Virus record (IMG/VR): IMGVR_UViG_3300045015_000053
Source: a virus
Lineage: Duplodnaviria > Caudoviricetes
Length of the DNA: 64,000 nt
Reading direction: 5' to 3' (one strand)
Of this stretch, positions 8,801 through 16,977 are shown in pieces. The stretch's first letter is position 1. Each line of letters starts with the position of its first letter. Both the position numbers and the translations under genes were made by a program. Under the pieces are notes generated by a model. The model ran no database searches and was not told where the DNA came from. It worked only from the letters and a program-made list of their open reading frames with translations.

Positions 8801-10958
8801 CCCACGGCCAGCCCGCAAGTGTGATAACGTCCGACTGCGGGCAGCAGTGTGCGTCGTGTTCGCTCGGAAAGACCTCGCTGTTGAAGTTCCACTTCTCGGC
8901 GAGGTCTTTCCGCATGTAGGTGGCCTCGATTGTGTCGGGGGTCATAGTGTCCCCGATCCACCCGTAGCCGCCGCAGTTGTTCGGGTGCGCATGAACGAGC
9001 TTGAACCTGTTGTTGATTGTTTGCAGGTATCGAATTTTGTCGTTCATGTTCTTCTTGTTCATGATCCCGTGCAACTCGATCATGATCACCTCGAACCGCG
9101 ACAGGATCTTCGGATCGGTAATTCTCAGTGTCTCCCACTCTGAATTTTCGATGTCGATTTTCAACCACATCCGTTTGCCATTCGCCGTCTTCGAGTGATC
9201 CAGCATCGTCTGGATCGAGTGTCCATCGACACCGATCCCGATTGGGAAGAACTCCGCGCCGGCCGGGATTTCTTCGGGTATGGCCTTAGAGTCGAACATT
9301 TTGATTTTGGCCCGACTCAGTTTTGCGAACTCTTTCTCGAAGTCGGAGTTGTTCCCGATTCCGGCCGAGATCAGGTAATCGACGTTCTGGATGTCCAGAT
9401 CAGGCACGACGTAGCCGCCGTCGTTCTTCGAGCCGATCCTCTTTTTTAGCACCGGGCATTCGTACACGACGAGTTCTTTCAGAAGTCTGTGGCCTCTGTT
9501 TTGTCCTTTACGCAGCATCGCTTGCATCCCGTGCGTGACCTGAACGGGAACTTCGGGGAGGATTTCGTTGACCGCACGTTTGACACCCGGACAGCGTCCC
9601 CAGTTGTAGTCGTCAAGGATGACCACGCCGTTTTCTACCATCTTCGGCCAGACCCATAGAAGTGCGTCCCGCGTTGATTGGTAGGTGTCGAAATCCAAGT
9701 GCGCGAAGGAGAAGGTCAGGTTGTCGAGATCTTTTGCCGTGTCGGGGAACCGGCCCGGATGTATCGAGACTTTGCACCCTGCCAAGAATTCGGTGACTTC
9801 GCTGAGGTTGCTCGCGAATTCGCCCTGCTTGTGTCCGGCGGGTTCTTGGTCGTCTTCAGGAATGCCCATCTCGAACCCGTCGAACATGTAGAGCGTTTTA
9901 TTCGGAGCCGCGTAGGAGATAAGTTTGGCTGTGCCGCCGCGATAACACCCGCATTCAACCATGTCCCCCGGCAAGTTAGCGGTAGCAATCACAGAGTCTT
10001 GAATTACTTTCAGTCGGCCGGGGTCAACGAGGCTGCGGTCAGCAGTAATTTCGGACGGCATTTCGGCTATGTCCAAGATTGCGCCGGCGGCATCGATTGC
10101 GGCCGTTTTGAGCATTGCCATGCACATGGGAATGTTGCTGTGGTATTGATCCACGACCGGCAATGCACATTTCCTGTCAGATTCGCCGCCCACGACGATG
10201 CTTTTCCAACACCCGTTGCTCTTGCAACACGGCAACAGCCCTTGTGTGCTGAGGCTGATTTGGGTCGGGTAGCCGATCCAACTGATCGGTTCCCTGCCGC
10301 CGATCATGCAGATGTACGGTTTGCTGAATCCGGCCATGAAGTGGCCCAACGCTGTTATGCCGCCGATTCCGAAAGTAGCTCCGTGGCACAGTCGTAGCAG
10401 TTCCCTGAGAGTTGTTTGGCCGATGAGGTTGATCGTGTCGTGTAGGGGCGGGTGGTTGTCTTTGGCCGCGCCGACTTGTACGAACCTGATCCGGTCCTTG
10501 TAGGTGTCCACTACGGACTGGTACAGTTCGGTGCCGGCCCATTTTGCGGGGTAATCGTCCTTGTACCCCGCGTTGATTATTGCGTATGGTCCGTATTCTC
10601 CTGTCTTCTCGTTGAAAACCGAGAAGGTCTTTTCGGCAGCAGACAGGTAGAAGTGCGGCCTCGAAACTTGGAGCCTGAGCGGTAGCCCCAGAATATCGCC
10701 TAGGTGGTCGCAAAAGGCCGATCCGAAGTGAAACGGGATGTGTGACTCGTTAATGCGGTCGTACCGCATGTCGATGTATTCACACTCCGCAGCACTCATC
10801 GGAGTTACCCACGGGTTGTTCGCGAACAGTTCGTTGTGGTTGGTCTGCATGTTCGTTAAGAACTTGCCGGGGAACTGTCGGTGCAAGCTTTCCAGAGCCA
10901 TCGTAACTATGGCTACGTCGCCCGGACACAGACCGTGATTCAACAACAACTTTCTCAT
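8781..10958 (-). CDS. three-domain fusion: GT9-like glycosyltransferase + TylF/MycF O-methyltransferase + FkbM-like methyltransferase
   Basis: N-terminal PGD, GQTTLRELL, KPYI and a CCxxxGCW...C...C cluster. Middle GDMVECGCYRGG, FDGF, AHLDFDTY, ILDDY. C-terminal RIGSKNDGGY, SAGIG, LKIDIE, IELH, HPNNC. Confidence 0.82.
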   Translation of the reverse strand: MRKLLLNHGLCPGDVAIVTMALESLHRQFPGKFLTNMQTNHNELFANNPWVTPMSAAECEYIDMRYDRINESHIPFHFGSAFCDHLGDILGLPLRLQVSRPHFYLSAAEKTFSVFNEKTGEYGPYAIINAGYKDDYPAKWAGTELYQSVVDTYKDRIRFVQVGAAKDNHPPLHDTINLIGQTTLRELLRLCHGATFGIGGITALGHFMAGFSKPYICMIGGREPISWIGYPTQISLSTQGLLPCCKSNGCWKSIVVGGESDRKCALPVVDQYHSNIPMCMAMLKTAAIDAAGAILDIAEMPSEITADRSLVDPGRLKVIQDSVIATANLPGDMVECGCYRGGTAKLISYAAPNKTLYMFDGFEMGIPEDDQEPAGHKQGEFASNLSEVTEFLAGCKVSIHPGRFPDTAKDLDNLTFSFAHLDFDTYQSTRDALLWVWPKMVENGVVILDDYNWGRCPGVKRAVNEILPEVPVQVTHGMQAMLRKGQNRGHRLLKELVVYECPVLKKRIGSKNDGGYVVPDLDIQNVDYLISAGIGNNSDFEKEFAKLSRAKIKMFDSKAIPEEIPAGAEFFPIGIGVDGHSIQTMLDHSKTANGKRMWLKIDIENSEWETLRITDPKILSRFEVIMIELHGIMNKKNMNDKIRYLQTINNRFKLVHAHPNNCGGYGWIGDTMTPDTIEATYMRKDLAEKWNFNSEVFPSEHDAHCCPQSDVITLAGWPWVTPSST

Positions 10959-11623
10959 TTCTTGCACCCGCACGGCTTACTCAGCCGACCGATCATCCTT
11001 TTCTTCGGAGTGATTTTGCTTTGAAAACCTTGCATAGCTATGGCTTCTACGACGACACACGGGTTACACGGGACAATTGCTGTTTGGTTTTCTTCCGTAC
11101 CGGAGAAGCCCGGTGGGTTGTTGCAGCAGCAACCTTCTGTACATGTGTTGTCGCGATTTTCCCAGAACCCTCCTAGCCATTCCCACACACACTCTCCAGT
11201 ACAAGTGACAACACCGCTACTGCTGGTGGAGCTTGGACTCACGCTCGAAGACGGGCTGCTGCTTGGGCTGCTCGACGGACTCGAACTCGGACTGGAACTC
11301 GGACTCGAAGACGGGCTGCTGCTTGGGCTACTCGACGGACTCGAAGACGAGCTTGGGCTTTTTGAGCTTGACGCACTTGAACTGCTCGACGGACTCGAAG
11401 ACGAGCTTGGGCTGCTTGAGCTTGACGCACTCGAACTGCTCGAAGGTGAAGAACTGCTCGAAGGTGAAGAACTGCTCGAACTCGAAGGTGAAGAGGACGA
11501 AGACGATGAAGAACTCGAACTCGAAGGTGAAGAGGACGAAGACGAGGACGAAGACGATGAAGACGACGATCCGCACGCCGCCAAAGCTTCTTCGTATGTT
11601 TTGTATGGACCAATGAGTGGCAT
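10955..11623 (-). CDS. poly-Ser/Pro linker protein with a Cys/Trp-rich C-terminal module
   Basis: AAGGA RBS plus ATG at 11623; about 120-residue S/P tract; CTGECVWEWLGGFW...CCC...PC module; the stop overlaps the GT-MTase ATG. Confidence 0.8.
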   Translation of the reverse strand: MPLIGPYKTYEEALAACGSSSSSSSSSSSSSSPSSSSSSSSSSSSPSSSSSSSPSSSSSPSSSSSASSSSSPSSSSSPSSSSSASSSKSPSSSSSPSSSPSSSPSSSPSSSPSSSPSSSPSSSPSSSVSPSSTSSSGVVTCTGECVWEWLGGFWENRDNTCTEGCCCNNPPGFSGTEENQTAIVPCNPCVVVEAIAMQGFQSKITPKKRMIGRLSKPCGCKK

Positions 11624-11631
11624 GTTTTCCT

Positions 11632-12129
11632 TTATGCGTTGTCTGTCTTGAAACACACGGTTGCGGCAACATCACCTTCAAACCGTCCCGGCGCGGGAGG
11701 GACCATACAGAAACATCCAACGGCCGGATTGAAACATGTGCTGCTGACATTTGACCAAGATCCGTCTCCCCAAACCCAGTTGCAAACGCCGGGGCATCCG
11801 CCACCACCACTACTCGAACTCGAAGAGGAAGAAGAACTGCTCGCACTTGAACTCGAAGAAGGACTACTCGAACTCGAAGGCGAACTACTCTAGCTACTTG
11901 ACGAACTCGATCCACAGACGTAGGCGTTCTTCTCTGCGCAACTGTTGAAGTACACGACTGTGTTCGTTTCTTGGCAACAGTACCAGCCGACGCAGCAACA
12001 GTTACAGCACCGCGCCCAACAGGAATCCGCACCGCTCATAGCCATAGTGCTGTTCATTGCAGCTTTGGCTCGTGCGGCGCGTTGTACCCTTTTGCGTAGG
12101 AACTCGGTGGCAATGATCGTCTGTCGCAT
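11632..12129 (-). pseudogene. second poly-Ser/Cys-rich protein, interrupted by a single in-frame TAG (codon 80, 11890-11892)
   Basis: The frame continues after the TAG with more Ser codons and a paralogous CPGVCNWVWGDGSW...CFC...P..C module, ending at TAA 11632-11634. Confidence 0.72.
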
Positions 12130-12407
12130 TATGCCTTTTCGCCGAAGAAATCTGCCGGGTACTCGATCCTGACGGTGCCGTTGCCCGAAGTCGGGTGGCC
12201 CTTGTCGTCTTCGACCCACCAGCGGACCTGTTTCACTTCGATTCCCAGTTGGTCCATGTGACACTTGTCGCCGGGGAACACCGGCATGTGGTACTCTTTG
12301 CCTTGAATCAGGCAGGCAACTTTGCACTGCCCCTTCTTCCGGTCGTAGAGCATGCAGTTGTTGCAGATCTTTTCGATCACCTTCAGTTCCTTCTTCTTGT
12401 CTTCCAT
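12129..12407 (-). CDS. hypothetical Cys-containing protein
   Basis: 92 aa with CNNC..C..C; the stop overlaps the next ATG (TAATG). Confidence 0.65.
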   Translation of the reverse strand: MEDKKKELKVIEKICNNCMLYDRKKGQCKVACLIQGKEYHMPVFPGDKCHMDQLGIEVKQVRWWVEDDKGHPTSGNGTVRIEYPADFFGEKA

Positions 12408-12464
12408 TGCTACCCTTTCTTTTTCTTGTATAATCTGGTCATCTCTTTCTTTCGGGAGGTCGTC

Positions 12465-13097
12465 ATGAACCACATCGTCTTCTCCGGTCAATTGGCTAAC
12501 GGCAAAGACCAGTGTGCCGACATCGTGCAGGGCATCCTGAATTCGACGGACGGACAACCCGCGTGGCGTCGTTCGGCGTTCGCGGGTGCCGTCAAGGATA
12601 TTTACGCTCACGCCTTCGGTGTTGACCGGGACTTCATCGAGAAACACAAGCGGTTGACGGACCCGCCGCCGGGCTACCTTCAAACCGTTCGGAAAGCCCT
12701 TCAGTTCATCGGCGATGGATTCCGCAACATCCGCGCCGACGTGTGGATCGAACTGGCCCTCCGCGACCCCTCACCCGTCATTATCAGCGACGGCCGCTAC
12801 ATCAATGAAGCGAGGGCGGCGAAAAAACGCGGCGGCGTCAACGTAGTCGTCTGGCGTCCGGGTTTCGAGAACGACGATCCGAACCGTTCCGAGTCGGAAA
12901 TCCTCGTCATCGTCAATTGGTGTCTGAAAACCAATCAGAACGGCCCGATCAGATACGTCGAGGACACGGACGCGCCAGAAGCCATCAAAGAGGGCGTTTA
13001 CGACTACTTCTTCCGCAACGACGTGTCGCTCGAAGAACTCCCCGACAAGGTAAACAACGAACTTATTCCGTATCTGGTGAATAGATACAGAGGGTAA
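12465..13097 (+). CDS. deoxynucleoside monophosphate kinase-like P-loop protein
   Basis: N-terminal SGQLANGKD, LQTV..., IISDGRYINE; GGAGGT RBS. Confidence 0.7.
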   Translation: MNHIVFSGQLANGKDQCADIVQGILNSTDGQPAWRRSAFAGAVKDIYAHAFGVDRDFIEKHKRLTDPPPGYLQTVRKALQFIGDGFRNIRADVWIELALRDPSPVIISDGRYINEARAAKKRGGVNVVVWRPGFENDDPNRSESEILVIVNWCLKTNQNGPIRYVEDTDAPEAIKEGVYDYFFRNDVSLEELPDKVNNELIPYLVNRYRG

Positions 13098-13119
13098 GAG
13101 TTACCCGCTAAGGGGGAGT

Positions 13120-13200
13120 GTGAGCGAACACGTTATTCGCAAGGGCGACCAACACTTTGTTGAGAAGGGTTGGGGGGAGGATGGGTATGCCAACTACTGA
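13120..13200 (+). pseudogene. 26-aa stub: displaced original 5' end of the cupin gene
   Basis: GGGGGAG RBS plus GTG; MSEHVIRKGDQHFVEKGWGEDGYANY*; FVEKGWG duplicates the cupin motif FVKKGWG at 13826-13846. Confidence 0.6.
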
Positions 13201-14161
13201 TCCTCAAAAACGCCGATCATACGAGAAAAAGTACGAACAGTCGCCCAAAGCCAAAGCGACTCGGAAAAAGTACAAAGCCACCGTCGAAGGAGTGGCGACA
13301 AGACGCAAAACGTATTTGAAGGCTTACCATAAGGCCAAGAAAGAAACAGACTATTACGTTTGCGGAGCCGGTCGCCTTAGTTCTCTGAGAACTTCTGCAA
13401 AAGAACGCGGCTTGGAATTCAGTCTTACGGTCGAGGAGCTTAGGAATTGGTGGCAGTCCTCGGAAGATGTCTGCGAATACTGTCGTATGACAGTAGATGA
13501 TTTTCGTAAGTTCAGAGATTACGTTCGGAGCTACGAAGGAAATGATTGGGATATTGTCTCCTTCAAAAGCTTGGTCGATAACAGAACTTGCGTTGATCAG
13601 TTGACTATCGACCGCATCGATAGTGGTTCTGGCTATTGTTTGGGGAATTTGGCAAAGTGCTGTTGGTTTTGCAACCTTGTGAAGCACCGTTTTTTGACGG
13701 CCAAGCACATGGCCCAAATCGCTCCTGACATTATTGCCAAACTCAAGTCGGCGATAGATAGGACTGAACAGAAAGTTACTTCTGATTCCGCTTGGAGTGG
13801 GCGACTGGGTTATTTCCAGCAGACTTTTGTCAAGAAAGGTTGGGGTTCGGAGCGATGGCTTTGGAACAACGATCTGTACTGCGGCAAGTACCTCTGGTTC
13901 GAGAAGGACAAGTGTTGCAGTTGGCACTACCACGCGATCAAAGACGAAGTCCTGCTTCTGGATTCGGGATCGATCAAGGTCACATATTCCGAGCAGGACG
14001 ACATCGGTTTGGCGAAGGAAGTCATTCTCAAGCCGGGCGATGCGTTTCACGTCCCGGTCGGCCTTAGACACAGGATGTTTGCCCTGGAAGACAGCGGCAT
14101 CTACGAGTTTTCGACGCACCACGAGGACTCAGATTCGATCCGCATCCAACGGGGAAATTGA
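13181..14161 (+). CDS. HNH/His-Me-type endonuclease fused in frame to a cupin (mannose-6-P isomerase-like) domain
   Basis: AT-richer N-terminal part with CEYC, TIDRIDSGSGY, NLAKCCWFCN. C-terminal KGWGSERW, CSWHYHAIKDE, PGDAFHVPVGLRHRM. Confidence 0.8.
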   Translation: MGMPTTDPQKRRSYEKKYEQSPKAKATRKKYKATVEGVATRRKTYLKAYHKAKKETDYYVCGAGRLSSLRTSAKERGLEFSLTVEELRNWWQSSEDVCEYCRMTVDDFRKFRDYVRSYEGNDWDIVSFKSLVDNRTCVDQLTIDRIDSGSGYCLGNLAKCCWFCNLVKHRFLTAKHMAQIAPDIIAKLKSAIDRTEQKVTSDSAWSGRLGYFQQTFVKKGWGSERWLWNNDLYCGKYLWFEKDKCCSWHYHAIKDEVLLLDSGSIKVTYSEQDDIGLAKEVILKPGDAFHVPVGLRHRMFALEDSGIYEFSTHHEDSDSIRIQRGN

Positions 14162-14170
14162 GGAGGCTTT

Positions 14171-14422
14171 ATGCTCGTCGGTCTGAACATGGCGGCTTCT
14201 TCCGTCCACTTTGCCACGAAGGGCAAACGGTTCATCGGAGACATCGAGGTCTTGGACGAACAAGTCCTCCACCAGCAAGGCTCGTTCAAAAGGGTCAAAA
14301 GGTGGCTGAGAGGGAAACACCCACAACTGGGCATACTCCACCTCGGCTACACCGGATGGGAAACCATACAGGAAGTTGACGTGATCTCGCCGATGGTTGT
14401 GTTTGAGGTCATCGACGCTTGA
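14171..14422 (+). CDS. hypothetical protein
   Basis: GGAGG RBS, 83 aa. Confidence 0.65.
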   Translation: MLVGLNMAASSVHFATKGKRFIGDIEVLDEQVLHQQGSFKRVKRWLRGKHPQLGILHLGYTGWETIQEVDVISPMVVFEVIDA

Positions 14423-14693
14423 AGTGACCCGCCTTCGGGTCGTAACTCCACAGATTGTTTTCTTCTTCTTTGATGCCGTTGGCTTTGGCGGTCTTCAGGA
14501 CCAGTTCCTGAAGTTCCTTTTCAGCCGCGATCACGTCGTGTGCCAGCATCATTTGCTTGGCCGTAATGTGACCCAGTCTCAACTTCAGGTCATTGGCCTT
14601 TTTCTCGGCCGCGTTGATCTCGTCAACTACTCGCGGGTGGATCTCCACTGGCAGGTGGATGACTTTCGGCGGGAGGGGTTTCTTTTTGCTCAT
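14409..14693 (-). CDS. hypothetical coiled-coil protein
   Basis: 94 aa with a heptad-like central region. Confidence 0.6.
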   Translation of the reverse strand: MSKKKPLPPKVIHLPVEIHPRVVDEINAAEKKANDLKLRLGHITAKQMMLAHDVIAAEKELQELVLKTAKANGIKEEENNLWSYDPKAGHFKRR

Positions 14694-15360
14694 TCAATAC
14701 ATGAGTCCGCTTCTCGCGTTCTTGTTTCCCGATTTTATCCCGCAACTTGTCCAGACCGCGTTCTGTCAGCACCATGAACTTCCACTGCCGCGCCAGACAG
14801 TATTCGTTACACGCCGCCCATTTCGCCTTGTTTCGGCCGATCTCGGTCTGACTAGAGGGTTTGACCTCCCAGATCTCGACCGTGCCGTCCGTGAACGTGA
14901 TACGGATGTCCGGGTAATAGTCGTGTTGCAGTCCGTGGAAGAAGTAGCGAACAGGGAACGGTTCCTCTTCGTATCTGTGGACGATGTCCCAGTGTTCGAG
15001 TAGTTCGTAGACTTCGCACTCCATGCCGGATCGGTAGTGCATGTCTTTGCCGTTCTTGTTGCTGCTCATGTAGCCGTCGCGGAAGTGCGGCTTCTTGGTG
15101 TTCATCTTGCCTTCTTTGGTGGAGATGTCTTTCCACACCAAAGCGCGACTCATGCCCTTCTTCGGCATCTTGTCGTAGGGGTGTTTGGCCTTGAAGTGGG
15201 CCTTCAGGTCGCGCACCGGGGCTTTGCACCGCTCCAGCGGACACAAGACGTACTCGCGGCCCTCTTCGTGGTTCTGGACGATGTGTTCTTTGAACGCCTC
15301 GAACGTGTCGAGCCGCTCGCCGCAGACGTAGCACTGGTAGACTCGTTTGTCGTTGCTCAT
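14623..15360 (-). CDS. C2H2 zinc fingers fused to a TnsA-N / T4 gp4 head-completion-like nuclease
   Basis: CYVC..F..H..H and CP..C..H..H fingers, then YRSGMECEVY, YYPDI, IWEVKP, NKAKWAA, FMVLTE. Confidence 0.78.
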   Translation of the reverse strand: MSNDKRVYQCYVCGERLDTFEAFKEHIVQNHEEGREYVLCPLERCKAPVRDLKAHFKAKHPYDKMPKKGMSRALVWKDISTKEGKMNTKKPHFRDGYMSSNKNGKDMHYRSGMECEVYELLEHWDIVHRYEEEPFPVRYFFHGLQHDYYPDIRITFTDGTVEIWEVKPSSQTEIGRNKAKWAACNEYCLARQWKFMVLTERGLDKLRDKIGKQEREKRTHVLNEQKETPPAESHPPASGDPPASS

Positions 15361-15824
15361 TTGCCTCTTTGCTTTTCGGATCGCAGCGGGCGGCGGTCGT
15401 CCTCTTGATCCGCATCGGACGAAACGATCATCACCGGCTTGGGCTTGGTTTTCTTGCCGTTCATCTTCTTGATCAACAGGGACTCGCACTTATCTTTGCT
15501 CACGATCTTCAGCCCCTTCAGGTCTTTCTTGGAGAAGAGGTTTTCGGTGATCTTGCCGGTGAGTGCGTCGTACAGGTTAATCGCGCCGAACCGGGCCTCT
15601 TTGAGATTCGCATCGTCCTTGTTCGGGTGTTTCATTCTCGCGAACGTGAGGCGACTCTCTTCCGAGCAGCCGTAGAGTTGATTGTCTTTGGTGAAGTACA
15701 TGATGAGGTTCTGACCGTCCAGCATCATGTTGATCTTCGCGGATGAGTCCTCTTCGCGCATGCAGCAGTTGTCCCAGATGTCCATCAGGTGACGAAAGTC
15801 GGAAAAAGCGGGTGACTGTCTCAA
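15357..15824 (-). CDS. hypothetical protein
   Basis: GAGGG RBS plus TTG; coupled to the nuclease gene. Confidence 0.6.
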   Translation of the reverse strand: MRQSPAFSDFRHLMDIWDNCCMREEDSSAKINMMLDGQNLIMYFTKDNQLYGCSEESRLTFARMKHPNKDDANLKEARFGAINLYDALTGKITENLFSKKDLKGLKIVSKDKCESLLIKKMNGKKTKPKPVMIVSSDADQEDDRRPLRSEKQRGK

Positions 15825-15870
15825 AATTCCCTCGCGTTTATTGTTGCTTGCGACGTGTATAGATAGAGGT

Positions 15871-16350
15871 ATGACGAACAGTTTCGCGGGCTTCAGAGCC
15901 TTCCTTGAGAAGTTCGAGCCGCAGTCCGATAAGGACAAGGACGCTGCGAAGGACCGAATCAACGGAAAAGACAAGTCGATGGACTACCTCGGTGGACTCC
16001 AACGCGAGTTGGGCATCAGGAAGGCCAGCACCCTTGCCAAGATCATTCGCACCACGCCGGAAGTTCCGGCGGGGATGCAGATAGACGGTCTTGATGCGAA
16101 ATACGTTCCTGTCAAGTTCGACCCGAACCTGCGTGGCGGCTCCATGCAGGTTCTCCCAGTGGGCAACGTGATGGTCGCTTCTAAGGACGGACGCGACGTA
16201 CCTCCCGACAAGATCGACCGCAGCAGAAAGCGTGTGAAGAGATCGGGTATTGTGAAAACCCTTGAACGTGGTTGGGGTCCGGCTGTCGCGGCAGCAGCCG
16301 CACGGGATGCCGCCGGTGGCGGTGGCGCTCCTCCGATGCCGGGCATGTAA
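15871..16350 (+). CDS. putative internal head protein (capsid-targeting-like N-terminus)
   Basis: MTNSFAGFRAFLEKFE; TAGATA 5 nt upstream. Confidence 0.6.
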   Translation: MTNSFAGFRAFLEKFEPQSDKDKDAAKDRINGKDKSMDYLGGLQRELGIRKASTLAKIIRTTPEVPAGMQIDGLDAKYVPVKFDPNLRGGSMQVLPVGNVMVASKDGRDVPPDKIDRSRKRVKRSGIVKTLERGWGPAVAAAAARDAAGGGGAPPMPGM

Positions 16351-16360
16351 AAAGGAACTA

Positions 16361-16600
16361 ATGAGAACATTCAAAGACTGGCTCGCAAATGTCGAGAGCA
16401 ACGTTTCCGCTGAAACATCCACAAGCACGGGCGACGTTGCGGGCAACCCCTTCGGTGCGGGCATCCAGCATTACAACCCTAGCCGGGACCAGTACGGCCT
16501 CCTCAAGAAGAAAAAAAAAGACGGAAGCGAAGAGGGGCTAGGCGGTCAGGTGATTCCGATGCGATTCACCGGCGGTAAACCGGCCGGCAGCCGCGAGTGA
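16361..16600 (+). CDS. putative internal head protein (capsid-targeting-like N-terminus)
   Basis: AAGGA RBS; MRTFKDWLANVE; in-frame A9 run at 16511-16519. Confidence 0.65.
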   Translation: MRTFKDWLANVESNVSAETSTSTGDVAGNPFGAGIQHYNPSRDQYGLLKKKKKDGSEEGLGGQVIPMRFTGGKPAGSRE

Positions 16601-16605
16601 CTATA

Positions 16606-16977
16606 ATGCCTCCGTCAAAAACGGAGGCATTAGTTATTGGCATGAACGAACAGAACGACGAAAAGCTCGCCGAACAGGTCGTCTGGGGGCAGAAGAACCT
16701 CGACCGCGTCAACTGGATCTGGGAACACATCGAAAAAATCTGGGACGGCTACCGGGAAGCTCGGACCAACCAGTCGCTCGAAGCCGCTCAGAATTTTGCG
16801 GCTTGTCAAAACAAAGAAATTGCTTTACGCTATCCCGAATACCGAATCGGCGTGAGAAGGCTTCTCATGCTGCTAGAAAAGCGTTTCCAACAAGGAGCCG
16901 AGCATGTCCGAGAACACCACTGCGGAACAGTACGATGTGATGACTCTCCTGCCCAACAAAACGATCAAACTGCTTGA
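16606..16977 (+). CDS. hypothetical protein
   Basis: About 123-aa ORF overlapping the thyX start. Confidence 0.55.
   Translation: MPPSKTEALVIGMNEQNDEKLAEQVVWGQKNLDRVNWIWEHIEKIWDGYREARTNQSLEAAQNFAACQNKEIALRYPEYRIGVRRLLMLLEKRFQQGAEHVREHHCGTVRCDDSPAQQNDQTA

Noticed and set aside
11040-11651. + strand Leu/Glu/Asp-rich ORFs over the poly-Ser genes
   Set aside because: They are the reverse complement of repetitive Ser codons. The - strand has RBSs, coupling and paralogous Cys modules.
11200-11900. Short repeats that might be a CRISPR array
   Set aside because: They are degenerate coding repeats of Ser/Pro codons with no constant repeat-unique spacer structure and no cas genes in the window.
13175-13850. 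Group I intron hosting the HNH in the cupin gene
   Set aside because: The insert is almost entirely ORF, and no ordered P3-P7 core or R/S elements were found (an isolated CAGACT is insufficient). It is not fully excluded without an Infernal search.
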